The notes beneath the pieces were generated by a model. It was given only the letters and a program-made list of their open reading frames with translations, was not told where the DNA came from and did no database searches. DNA of 64,000 nucleotides from Octopus sinensis. Its lineage: Eukaryota. Positions 14,247-26,932 of the stretch are shown piece after piece; position 1 is the stretch's first letter; every line of letters begins with the position of its first letter. Made by a program: the position numbers and the translations under genes. The stretch spans positions 41,478,001 to 41,542,000 of the forward strand of contig NC_043007.1 of assembly GCF_006345805.1 (NCBI RefSeq), in the 5' to 3' direction.

Positions 14247-14513
14247 AAAAAAAAATAAATAAATGCGCCCTTTTTTAAAGCCTAGCCAGGCTCATGGGCC
14301 CGGTTTCCCAGTTTCTATGGCGTATGTGTTCCCCAGCTGGACGGGACGCCAGTCCATCGCAGCATTACTCATTTTTGCCAGCTGAGTGGACTGGAGCAAC
14401 GTGAAATGAAGTGTTTTGCTCAAGAACACAACACTTCGCCCGGTCCAGGAATCAAAACTACAATCTTACGATCATGGTGCTGACACCCTAACCACTAAGC
14501 TACGCGCCTCCAC
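14247..14513 (-). mobile_element. tRNA-derived SINE family C with 13-bp TSD
   Basis: Head gtggaggcgcgtagcttagtggttagggtg; TSD agtgtctatatta at 14234-14246 and 14514-14526; CpGs retained, so probably young. Confidence 0.9.
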
Positions 14514-14532
14514 AGTGTCTATATTAGAAATG

Positions 14533-14571
<39 letters not shown>

Positions 14572-14573
<2 letters not shown>

Positions 14574-15033
14574 GGTGGTGAGCCAGCAGAATTGTTAGCA
14601 TGCCAGGCAAAATGCTTAGTGGTATTTCATCCATCTTTACACTCTGTGTTGGAATTCCTCCATTGTCAACTTTGCCTTTCATCATTTCGGGGGTCGATAA
14701 AATAGGTGGCAGTTGAACAGTGGGGTCAATGTAATTGACTCATCCCCTCCTCTAAAACTGTTGTCCTTGTGGCAGAATATGAAACCATTAAGGGGGTGAG
14801 CTGGCAGCATCATTAAGCATGCCAGGGGAAAATGCTTAGTGGCATTTTGTCTGTCTTTATGTTCTGAGTTCAAATTCTGCTGAGGTCAGCTTTGTCTTTC
14901 ATCTTTTCAAGGTCAGTAAAATAAGTACCAGTGGAACACTGGGGTTGATGTAATCGACTCTCTCTCCCACACACACCACCACTTCTGGCCCTGCAATTGC
15001 TGGCCTTGTGCCAAAATTATTATTATTATTATT
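14572..15033 (+). mobile_element. Two head-to-tail SINE B-variant copies
   Basis: Heads at about 14572 and 14791, tails ending gccttgtg(cc/gc)a(a/g)aa; (ATT)n on both sides of the pair. Confidence 0.8.
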
Positions 15034-15039
15034 GTGTTG

Positions 15040-15589
15040 TTGTTGTTGTTGTTGTTGCCTTTGCACAGCTCCTCACACTGGAGATGTATTACAGTGTCAG
15101 CTGTTCACTACCAGTGAACTAAGGTAACACCTCTTATTTTCCGAGCACCTTCCAGAGTATTCAAGTGGTTCCAAACAGTGATGTTTTCTGCAAGTGCTCC
15201 ACCCTTATTACAGCCCCTATTTGTTCCACATACTTCTTGAGATCTTTGCCCACTGTTCCCAGGGCTCCGACAATTATTAGTACTACTGCTACCTTTTTCA
15301 TCGACCACAACTGCTTAACTTCCTGAGCTAACCTATCATATCTCTTGACTTTTCTTTCTTCCTTATTGCATACCTTGTTGTCAGCTGGGCATGCTATGTC
15401 TATGATCCAGCATAATTTGTTTTCTTTCTCAATTAAGACTATGTCTAGCTTCCTATTCTCAATTTCATGGTCACACTGAATCATAAAATCCAATAGGATC
15501 TTTGCATTTCTATTTTCGACAATGCCTTCAGGTTTGTGGTCGTACCAATTTTTTGATCTGTGAAGTCCATACTTGTTGCAAAGTGTCCA
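15040..15589 (-). mobile_element. R4/Dong-like non-LTR retrotransposon 3' fragment (restriction-like endonuclease domain)
   Basis: WTLCNKYGLHRSKNWYDHKPEGIVENRNAKILLDFMIQCDHEIENRKLDIVLIEK...IIDIACPAD...KVKRYDRL...IVGALG...LQK fits the PD..D-x-K REL pattern; both ends abut (ATT)n. Confidence 0.85.
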
Positions 15590-15591
15590 TT

Positions 15592-15632
<41 letters not shown>

Positions 15633-15640
15633 CATTATTA

Positions 15641-15689
<49 letters not shown>

Positions 15690-16079
15690 GTGGTACTGGA
15701 AGTGATAGTGGCTAAGTTGGTAGAGCTTCAGAGTAAATATTTAGCTATATTAAATTGTTGATTAACTCTTGGTCAGTCCTGACTAAGAAGAACTGTGATC
15801 AAACATGTTCCAGGTACAATAATCCTAGTGTTTTACTTTTATTTTTGTTATGTTGTTTTTTTAGATATAGTTATCTTAAACTGCATCATATCATGTGTCC
15901 ATCTATTTCAAAAATAGTCTGTGGTTTCAGAGAGCTTTGATTATTATTTCTCGTAGTCCATTATCATTGGTTTTAACCATCTGGGTTCAGAGTTTCAAAT
16001 TCTGCTTGGGTCACTTTCCTCTGTATTTTACCATTTATAGTTATTTTGTGATTCCTAAAGGTGCTTTGATATACAGCAC

Positions 16080-16345
16080 TAGGTAAATATATTCAGATAT
16101 ATGGGTTTAGATAAATGTGTTTAGATACATGTGTTTAGAAACATAACATTAAGTAAATGTGTTGAGATACACAGCATTATCAAAATGTGTTTAGATGAAT
16201 ATCATTAAGAAAATGTGCTTAGATGGAGGGGTTAGATGTGTTACCTAAGGCTGTATGTCTAAACACATTTACAGCCTTAGGTAAATGTGTTTAGATAAAC
16301 AGTATTAGATAAATGTGTTTAGATACATAGTGTTAGGTAAACTAT
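16080..16345. repeat. Degenerate ~28-bp minisatellite with an internal inverted unit
   Basis: Recurring taggtaaatgtgtttagatac; perfect 14-bp stem 16241-16254/16271-16284. Confidence 0.75.
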
Positions 16346-16993
16346 ATATTTTAAGGTACAGCTATGAAGTCATTTTGTTGATTTAAAACATTTATTCAGA
16401 TCTAAATATATCATAATTTTGACTTCTGGAATATCACTCAGTAATTGAAAAACACTACTACAGAGAGTGTATGTATGCATGTATATATGCATGTATGTAT
16501 GGATGTATGTACACACACACACACATGTATAGTGTAAACAGTTTACTAAGGCTGCCAGTAACAGTAAAGAGAGTGAAAAATTGTGTTCTATTAAAATAGT
16601 AAAAAAATTGGGCCTGAGAGTACAAGTCATTGTTTGTCCAAAATAACAGTGGAAACTAAAATATCGTCTGCATAAGACTGCTACATGTGTGTCCTTCTTT
16701 AAGATTTTAGCTTATGATTTGAAAGAGGAATTATGCTGCTATTTCTACAAATGTATAAGTAATGTTGTTGGTGTTTAACCTCTGGTTAATACTGAAGAAG
16801 CAGATCTATAATCAAAGACATTCCATCTGTGACCATTTCATCTTATATTCAGACAATGTGCCCTGGACTGCACAATCTAATATGTATTTCTTTTTTTTTT
16901 TAAGATTACAGTATGTGATTTGAGAACTTGGTTGCTATTTCCAGTAAGTCAAATAACCACATAGGGGTACTCATATGAGCTGTCTTATAATAA

Positions 16994-17039
<46 letters not shown>

Positions 17040-17126
17040 TGTCTGTCTGTCTGATAGGACAGTCAAATGGTCATCTCCCAGGAATGCAATTCCAGACTCC
17101 CATTAAGGAACCACATTCCTATACAC

Positions 17127-17163
<37 letters not shown>

Positions 17164-17489
17164 CTCATACACACATATAAACACCCCCTACCTCCCCACT
17201 CTTTACATTATTTCCCTCATTCTTTCTTTTATCTTTTCATCTGAACAACAGAAACCCAAATATAATTAAAGGCGTCTGAGTCATGATTTGAAACCCCAAC
17301 CTCAGTCTGTCTCTTTCTTTCACACACACACACACACACACACCTCTGCATGCATCGCGAGTCATTGGGAAATCAGAAGTGAGGGAGTAGGGGAGGACTG
17401 GTGTGGGTAGATTATTCTAGAAGACATCAAACAATTCCTCTCCCTTTCCCCATCTCTTTCTGCTTGGATTGCAACTCTGGAACTATAAA

Positions 17490-17504
17490 CTTTTTTGCAA
17501 TTCT

Positions 17505-17541
<37 letters not shown>

Positions 17542-18010
17542 TTATCTATCTATCTATCTATTTATCTCTCTCTCTCTCACTCGGTTTTTGTCTCTAAATT
17601 TCACACTTTCTTACTATCTCTTTCTCTCTCCCTTTCTCTTCTTTCCTTTCTCTTTCTCCTTTCTCTTCTTTACTTTCTCTTTCTCTCTCTTTTTCTGTCT
17701 TGCCTTTATCTCTTCTCTACTTTCTCTCTCTCTCTCTTCCTCTTTCTTTTCTTACCTTTCTTTTTCTCCCCTTTCTCTTCTTTCTCTTTTTCTCTCTCGC
17801 CTTCATCTGTTCTCTACTTTCTCTCTCTCCCTCTATCTCACTTTCTCTGTATCTGTCTCTCTTTCTCTCCCTTTTTGTTTTCCCCTCTCTCTCAATTTCT
17901 GTCTTTCCATCTCTCTTTTTCTTTCCTTTCTCTCCCTCTCACCCTCTCTCTCTAAGTCTCTCTTCTTCTCACTCTATCACTCCTCTTTACACTGCCTCTC
18001 CCTCTTTCTC
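17490..18010. repeat. Polypyrimidine (CT/CTAT/CTTT) low-complexity tract
   Basis: About 520 nt of mostly C/T; similar tracts at 1670-1820, 18800-19045 and 26290-26400. Confidence 0.9.
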
Positions 18011-18861
18011 TCACCTTAATCACCCTTTGGAGTTTGTGATGTTGATGGTGGTGTTGGTATTGGTATCAATGGTGGGGGTGTTAATGATAAACTGAGATAT
18101 CGGTGGAGTTGAAGAGCCGAAGATAGTGATAGTGGTGAAGATGGTGATGGTATTGACTGTTGAGATAGTGGTGGTGATGATGATATTGGTGGTGGTGGTG
18201 GTGGTAAGAATATTAGTTGTAGTAATGGTAGTAGGTAGATGAGGACGTCAATGTTGGGGGAGGTGTTGTCAGTACTGTGGAAGAGGTGGTGGTGGTGATA
18301 GTGAAACATTAAACAACATTTATCTCCCTTACCTTCCCATCCACATCCATAAATGCACAACCATCCTCCCTTCTCTTAACCCTTCCTCCTGCTTCTTGGC
18401 ATCACGTCATCCCTGTCATAGAGTGGGGGTAATGATGAGAAGGGATACAACACACATCAGACAACACCACACCACCTCTTTCCCCAGTGAATCTCCTTAC
18501 CACCACCACATTGCACATACACATTCATGATGTAAAGTTCTGTATCTTTAGTGAAAAAGTTGGTCGGTAGGGATATAAGGAGGGGGTGGCATTGTATAGC
18601 CTCTTTCTTTGGTCTTTCTTTCCGTCTATCTGTCTATCCTTCCATCTATCTATAAGTCAATATATATATATACCTGTCTATCTATCTATCTATCATCTCT
18701 TACTTTTCTCTCAACACACACAAATATATATACCTGTCTATTTATCTATCTATCCTTCTATAGATAGAAGGCTACATACATAGGTAAATAGATTGATAAA
18801 TCAATTATTCTCTATTTATATTATCTCTCTCTCTCACTCTCTCTCTCTATCTGTCTATCTG

Positions 18862-18945
<84 letters not shown>

Positions 18946-18986
18946 TTATCTGAGTCTGCCTATCTTTTTCTCTCTCTCTCTCTTTA

Positions 18987-19046
<60 letters not shown>

Positions 19047-19989
19047 GATTCCAGTCATTGGACTGTAACTATACAGGAATACCACGTTCAAAAGTTTAGT
19101 CAAGTATATCAACTCCCCTTACCCAGTATTTGTTTCAGTCTGGCATTCATTTGATCAGGTTCTATTTGCCAAACTGCAATATTACAGGACATAAAAAAGG
19201 GGGATATTACATAGGTTTTATGAAGCACTGGAGACAATGGTTTACACTTGTTGTTAAAACCAGCATGCATGTGCATTACAAACACACACACACACATATA
19301 CATCTACATGCAGATGTACACACACATACACACGCATACTTCTACATCCATACATGTACATACCCACATAAACTTATGCACACACTTCCACCCTCTCTCT
19401 CTCAGATATGTATTTATATAGCATCATCATCACCACCACCACCAAAACCACCATCACCATTAACACCACCACCACCATCATCATCATCACTAACATCATC
19501 ACCATCATCGCCAACACCACTATCATGATCAACACCACCACCATCATCATCATCAACACCACTACCACCATTACCATCACCAACACCACCTCCACCACTA
19601 TAATAGATGCGTAATAATAATAATGATTATTATTATCATAATGTTACAATGGATAAATATAATTATTTAACCTAATATTTTAATCTCTTACAAATTTAAG
19701 GGTTTTTGTAAAATAGAGCCTGTTCTGATTTTATTAAGGATCTATCCCTACCCAATAAATGGCCCCAGTTGTTAACAAACTGAACCTTCTGAGATTTATG
19801 ATTCAGTTAAGGGTTCGGGTATGCCCTCCTTGTATTTTCTTTGGCTCCCAAATGGAGCTTTGCAATGAATATTCATGGTACTGGACCATTAACTATGTCC
19901 TTAGACTCTAAGGAGCTGCACTTGTGAATCTTCATTTCCCCTTCCATCCCCTTCATAATACAACACATCCCTCTTCCTTCTCGCAGACC

Positions 19990-20427
19990 CCATAAATATG
20001 AGGATTCTTCTCTTTTGTTCTGATAAGGGAATGTATGTGTGTGTGTGTGTATGTGTGTGTGTGCGTGCGCATGTGTGTGTGTTTGTGTATGTGTGCGTGG
20101 TGTGTTTGTGGGTGTACGTATGTGTGTGTGTGTGTACTTGTGAGCATGCATATGTGTACTTCTGTATTATATGTATGCGAATATGTGTTGTGTGGGTGTG
20201 TGTTTGTTGTGTACTTGGGAACAAAAATGTGTGTGTGTGTGTGTACTTGTAAACAGGCATATGCATACATGTGTGCGTGTGTATAAATTTGTAAGTCTAT
20301 ATAGTATATGTGTGTATACTTGTAAACATAGACCTATACATCTGTATATGTTTATGTGTATGTTTTGTGTGCATGTAGATTTGTGAACATGCATGTATGT
20401 ATACTTATGGATATGCACGTGTACTTC

Positions 20428-20467
<40 letters not shown>

Positions 20468-20640
20468 TGTGTGTATGTGTGTCTGTATTTATGTGTACAT
20501 GTGAACTTGCATGTGTGTACATCTGTGTGTGTATGTGAGTTTGTGTGTAAGTTTGTATTGTTTGTGTGTATATGTGTGTGTGTAAGTTTATGTGTTGCCT
20601 GTTTGTGTGTTTGTGTTCTTGTTTACAATTACAATTGTCT
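19990..20640. repeat. Cryptic (TG)n/(TGTA)n simple repeat
   Basis: Directly visible; similar tracts at 11555-11930, 33330-33790, 40365-40570, 59460-59760 and 61000-61260. Confidence 0.9.
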
Positions 20641-22558
20641 AAGTGGCTGAGTATTCCACAGGTACTTATACTCCTAATATAATACACAAACATGAATCAA
20701 CTTGACACAATATGTGGCAAGGCTGATCTTTTGAATTACTGGTACTGTCTATCCCAGTCTTTTTTTTTTTTTTGTGAGAGGAGGAACTTTTGAGGATAGG
20801 AAAATGGGTCCGACCAATTACTCTATTGGTTATAAACTTATCAAAATTTTCCAACACCATTATGAAGAAGGAATTATCATCATCATCGTAACATCCACTT
20901 TCTCATGGGTCAAACAGCTTATCAAGGCAGATTTTCTAAGGCTAACCCTCATCTTCCTGTTGCCAATTCTCACCTGTTTCCAAGCAAGATAATATTTCCC
21001 CACAGCCAGAACCATGTCTGGTTGGTAAGCAAGCTACTTACCATACAACCACTCCTGCTGTTTTTTTTTTACAAATTACACCCAGATGTTGAGCTCAGAG
21101 GATGACAATGAGTATGAACACCTTCTGTTAGAAGCTTGGATACCTCAGATGAGAGTGCAAGCTCGTCTGATAAAAAAAAAAAAATTGTCTGAAAATGAAA
21201 TGTTTTCTCCAAAAAAAAAATTCATCAAGGAAAGGGTTAAGAGTCACAACCCAGTTAAAATGCCAGTGTCTCAAGTTCCCTTACCACTAGGAATTATATG
21301 TATAATGCATAGAAAGTCTACAAGGTGAAGTTGTTCTTTGTAGATGATATTGATGAGCATATCTATGTTTGAATCTGATTAATATCTATGTTATTGCTGT
21401 GATTTTCATTGCTTACCATGCGCATGCCAATTTATAATCAGTTTGAAAGACATCAGCATGCATCAACTGATAATTTGTTTGTTGATTTTTATAAACAAGA
21501 GCCACAGATCATATTCAGGTTCATTGGTCAGGCAGATAGCTTATACTGAGGAAATACAATAAGATTGAGGCACTGCGGTGTCTCACCATCTCTTTACTTT
21601 AATGAATGAAGTGTGTTAGGAACATGTATCATCTGTAAGGAGAATATGGTGACCATAGACAAAATTCAGTTGCGATTTGCATATCCATGTTTAAATCTGC
21701 TGGAACGTATTAAGAATGAATATTTGTTATTGTGTGAAGATCTATTTAATTTTCTCATTGACAAAGAGGGAGTAGAAGTAGAGCAAACATTTCCACTGAT
21801 ATATATATATATATATATATATATACTAACTGAATTACCCAGTAATACCCGGAAAAGCAGGGGTTATTTCCAATTCGTCTTCCCATTACACTGTTTCATG
21901 TCCTATCCCATTCCTTGTTCAGTTCCTGTTTTAGTTCTGCTCCTATCCCTATCCCCAATCCTATGTCAATATGTACACACAGGTAATCACGAGTTTGAAA
22001 TGGTGTATTGTAGACATATGTATGTATGTATGTATTATGTCTTTATATGTATGCGTGTGTATGTGTGTGTGTGTGTGTATCTGTAAGTGTTTCTTTGCGA
22101 TGGACAGCAGAAAAGCCACCTATACATATATGTATATATATGTGTGTTTGTGTGTGTATTTTTTTTTTTTAACTACCATTCAATATGTTATACAAAATTC
22201 AAATTTTATATCTCTGAAGAGCAGAAGAGTTGTCTATAAATGCTTATCAATATAGGATTTCATTATAGGGACAGCACTTCCATGAAACAATCGTAAGATG
22301 CTTTAAAAACTTAATTCAAAAATTTTTAAACTGTCATATACATTATATATTTAAACTGATACATATTTACATATTTTGGGTCCAACCCATGCTAGCATGG
22401 AAAGCGGGCGTTAAATGATGATTTTTATACATATTTATATTTTTAATACAACAATTATTTTACACAAGTATATATCTTTCTGAAGAATTTTCTAATATTA
22501 ATTTCCTGATATTAATAACAATATATTATAAAATATATATAATCGCTTGTATTAAATA

Positions 22559-22794
22559 TATAAATACTTTGATACAACAGAGCACTCAATATAAATTCAG
22601 TATATAATATTCTCATTGAATATATTTAACTAAAGATTTATAGATGTCTTGCAAACACGACATCTATAAATCTTTAGTTAAATATATTCAATGAGAATAT
22701 CATATACTGATATAAATACTTTGATACAACAGAGCACTCAATATAAATTCAGTATATAATATTCTCATTGAATATATTTAACTAAAGATTTATA
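22559..22794. repeat. Direct 84-bp duplication enclosing an inverted copy (perfect 42-bp hairpin)
   Basis: Direct copies 22559-22642 and 22711-22794; arms 22607-22648/22659-22700; loop ttgcaaacac. Confidence 0.92.
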
Positions 22795-22907
22795 TATATA
22801 TAATAATAATTATTTGAGGGAATATTATTCCTAACTTACCGGGAAAAATTCAATTTAGAAATACTAAATCAAATTTCACAAAATATAATATATATATATA
22901 TATATAT

Positions 22908-23209
22908 AAATTAGAAAAAAACCACCTTTTAGCAATTCAAAATGAACAATTAAATTGCAACATCTAGAAAATTACATAAAATAGAAATATTAAAATCAAA
23001 ATAACAATAATATACTGATAATTAAGTAAATTGCAAAATAATAATAAAAAATAATAATAAAATATATACGTTCTTATTATTATTTTGCAATTTACTTAAT
23101 TATCGGTATATTATTGTTATTTTAATTTTAATATTTCTATTATATGTAATTTTCTAGATGTTGTAATTTAATTGTTCATTTTGAATTGATAAAAGGTGTT
23201 TTTTTTCTA

Positions 23210-23213
<4 letters not shown>
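22908..23213. repeat. AT-rich fold-back element, 140-bp arms, (TA)n on both sides
   Basis: Arms 22908-23047 and 23074-23213; 6 mismatches counted by eye. Confidence 0.9.
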
Positions 23214-23254
<41 letters not shown>

Positions 23255-23257
<3 letters not shown>

Positions 23258-23633
23258 TAGCAGTATTGCCCGGCGTTGCTCAGGTTGTAAGGGAAATAAC
23301 TATAAAGCATTTTTAGAGAGTTATAGCCAAAAAATAAAAAAATGGAAAAAAATTATGGTAAATTTTTTTTAGTTAAAAAAGGTGGAGTTGCGTCCCCTAG
23401 ACAGTTTGCGGTTTGTGTTTCTGATTCTCGACCCCATGTCGAATTTATCGATTTTTTTCAGAACTGGGGGAACTTATCAAAATTTTCGCTGCGTTAGTTT
23501 TGAATTATGACATTGGGCTATGTGTGTGTCAAGTTTCATCAGAATCGGTTGAAAGCCGTGGTCAGGGTGAGGGTACAAGCAAACAGACACACAGAAACAC
23601 GCACAGACAAACTGCCGTTTATATATAGAGAGA
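23255..23633 (+). mobile_element. Non-autonomous Helitron/Helentron-like element
   Basis: Starts tactagcagtattgcccggcgttgc and ends aagtttcatcagaatcggttg...acagacaaactgccgtttatatatagagagat, the layout of Lep1/HINE-type elements; inserted in (TA)n. Confidence 0.65.
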
Positions 23634-23663
23634 TATATACACACACACACACACACACATATA

Positions 23664-23702
<39 letters not shown>

Positions 23703-23938
23703 GTCTCTAAGCAGGGTTTTCCTCCTTAAACTGTATTATATATATCATTCTGCATGCAACCAACTGTATTTATTTAAGTGCTTCCTGCAATAAATATACA
23801 TTTCATTTAAATGGCTTCAAGAAAGCTACAAAATGTCACATGAACACACAGCTCTACAAGCAATACTTCTAATGACAGATATAGCTTTAAGCAAATGAAA
23901 ATGATTATGGAACTCCTGTTCTCATGTCATTCACTAAT

Positions 23939-23974
<36 letters not shown>

Positions 23975-24614
23975 TGAGAGAGAGAGAGCATGAAACATTT
24001 CTGTTGTGCTTAGCCCTTTTGGTAACATGTTAAACCTTGCACCAATTAAAATGCATACGTACGGTGTACACACACACACACACAGACACACACCATATGT
24101 TTAAAGTGACAGTGATCCAATATATTTATAGAATAATGTAGAATACATGATACAGCTAGGAAGAATTAGTACTGAGATGTAATTTTTCAACTCAAGGAAT
24201 ACACATGTTGCAGTTGCTGTTTACTCCAAATTGGTCCAGACTTTTCAGCCATGACAATTACGCTCTTTTCATTGGCATTGTATATTTTGAGATACATTGT
24301 CCAACATGCACCTTCACTTTAAAGATGATAAAGAGCTGTTTGAGGATGATTTGGCTGCAATCTCTGGTAGATTGGGTAACCCTGTAGATATTTCCTTGTT
24401 AGCTTACTAGAAATAGATGTATATTGAGAGCTAAGATTGTTAACATGACTCATAGTTTGGGCCTTGTTTTGATATTCATATTTTGACTATTTTGGTATTA
24501 TTCTAGAAGCTGGTGACAGAATTAATTATTTCTAGAGAAAGCTTTGCAATTTTGCTGCTGTGCTACATATATTTAATATTACCTAAATCTAAGTCTTGAA
24601 GTAATACAAAAATA

Positions 24615-25103
24615 TTATAGCACCCTCTCACATAGACTCTACCTAATAATACAATAGCTTCCTCTTATATAGTTTGTACCTAGTAATATAGGGGTACTAT
24701 GCTTTCTTTTGCATAGTCTGTATCTAATAATACAGAGCAACCATAGTCCCCTGTTACATAGTCACTAACTAGTAATACAAGGCTACCATGGTCCACTCTT
24801 ACATAGTCTACATCTAGTAATACAGAGCTGCTACCCAAGCTTCCTCTTATGTAGTCTGAACCAAGTAATACAGGGCTAAAATAGTTCCCTCTTATATTGT
24901 CTGTACCTGGTAATATAGGGCTAACACAGGTCCCTCTTACATAGTCACTACCTAGTAATACAGGGCAACAGTAGCTTTCTCTTACACAGATTGTACTTAG
25001 TAAAACAGGGCTGTTATGCCTTCTTTTTGCATAGTCTGTACCCAATAATACAGAGTTACCATAGCTCCCGTTTACAGAGTCTGTGCCTAGTGATACAGGG
25101 CTG
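24615..25103. repeat. 45-bp minisatellite, about 11 diverged units
   Basis: Consensus approximately cctagtaatacagggctaccatagctccctcttacatagtctgta; the minus strand is open across about 9 units (15-aa repeat SPVLLGTDYVRGxYx). Confidence 0.88.
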
Positions 25104-25169
25104 AAAACCTGTTTGTATGTGCATACATATGTGTGTGTGTGTGTGTGTGTGTGTATACAGTGTTATATA

Positions 25170-25377
25170 TTTTATCTTTTATCTTGTTTCAGTCATTGAA
25201 CTGTGGCCATGCTGGGGCACTGCCTTGATGGGTTTAGTCAAGCAAATCGACCACAGTACTTACTTTTTAAGTCCTTTATTTTATTGGTCTCTTGTGTCAA
25301 ACTGCTAAGTTACAGGGGCATAAACAAGCCAATACCAGTCATCAAGCAGTGGCAGAAGACAAACACAAAAACAGACA

Positions 25378-25414
<37 letters not shown>

Positions 25415-25580
25415 GATGGGCTTCCACACACTTTCAGCCTACCAAATTCACTCATAAAGTATAAGATGGCCAGGGCTAATGTAAAAGATGTTTGTTCGAA
25501 GTGCTGTACAGTGGAACTGAAGCCAAAACCATTTGGTTGCAATGCAAGCTTCTTAACAACACAACCATGTCAGCACCTAT
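25170..25580 (-). mobile_element. SINE family A
   Basis: Reverse complement of the 2765 family; further minus copies at about 30440-30835, 52035-52385, 53455-53812, 54285-54555 and 62900-63285. Confidence 0.8.
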
Positions 25581-26284
25581 TTTACAGAACTTTGTTTTGA
25601 AGCTGTGCAGAATTTGTTTAGATTTATAAATATGTTGGTTCTGATATGATGACAATCAAGGTGACATTGGCAGTCAGTAGGACAACAATAACTTTATTTT
25701 AGCTGACACTGCAATTAGGATCAGTTGAAATGTCGCAGAGAGGGTGGGATTGACAAGCGGTTGTGTAGAGGGACTCTTGTCACTAAATGCCTATGTTTAT
25801 AGTATAAATGTCTCAACTATCAAAATAATGCAACTATCAAAATACCAATGTTATTTTTCTCACTGCTGCAGTCACTTGCATCTGAACCTAGTTTGCATGG
25901 CAGACTGGTTAAGAAGTTTCTTTTGTTACCACTTGGTTCTAGGTTCAAATCCATTGTGCAACATCTTGGGCAAATGTCTTCCACTGTAGCTTTGGGTTGA
26001 CCAATACCTTGTGAATTTGGTTAATGAAAATTATCTAGAAGCTTGTCATATTCACATGCACACACACACACACACACACACTTATTAACATGCACCCATA
26101 CACACTTAAGGTAAATTGGCCATATTGTTAGTGTTGGATGGATTACCTTGTGGTATTTATTCTGGTTCTCTGCATTCAGAGTTCAAATCCCACTAAGCTA
26201 TTCATTGCCATTCATCCTTTCAGGGTTGATAAAGTACCAGTAAAGTTCTGTACTGGGGTCAATTATTCTCTTTCTCTGTTCTTT

Positions 26285-26360
<76 letters not shown>

Positions 26361-26837
26361 GTCTCTCTCTCTCTTTCTTTTTCTTTCTCTCTTTCTCTCT
26401 AGCCCCTGTGACTTCATCAGAGGATGAGTATACCATGATATGGTATACTATGTATGTTCATACAGACATATACGCTTTTGGATATTCTTCCCGTTGCCAA
26501 GCTTTTACAAATATGTAAGTTGAAAGTGCAGAGCTGGCAGATGACATGTTGATAGGAAATATCAACAAATGCCAACTACAAACAATGACAGCATTGTTTG
26601 TAATTGTAGCTCAGTGCAGGTTGTAAACATCTTCTCCCTCCCTCTCTCTCTCTCTCTCTCTCTCACACACACGCACACACGTCTACACACACTGGACTTC
26701 TCTCTGTTTACTTCTACCAAATTGTCTCACAAGGTATTGGCTCATGGTTGTAGTAGAAATTGCTACACAGAGGGATTCAACCCAAAGACACATGGTTCAG
26801 ATGCAAAATTCTTAACCCCACTTCCATGTCTGCACCC

Positions 26838-26874
<37 letters not shown>

Positions 26875-26881
26875 GACACAG

Positions 26882-26932
<51 letters not shown>

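Noticed and set aside
19123-19173. Minus-strand exon-like segment (WQIEPDQMNARLKQIL) with AG/GT ends
   Set aside because: It aligns to a decayed SINE A tail.
21613-22086. 157-aa ORF
   Set aside because: It crosses a TA microsatellite and a Helitron-like 5' end, has a GTG start, and shows no recognisable motif or convincing splice sites.
24290-24410. Protein-like frame MHLHFKDDKELFEDDLAAISGRLG
   Set aside because: Its second half matches a short dispersed repeat (gatttggctgctatttctag...) seen elsewhere, e.g. near 3815, 16925 and 49000.
24615-25103. CRISPR-like regularly spaced repeats (also 10820-11110)
   Set aside because: Whole units are homologous with no unique spacers, there are no cas genes, and the context is eukaryotic.
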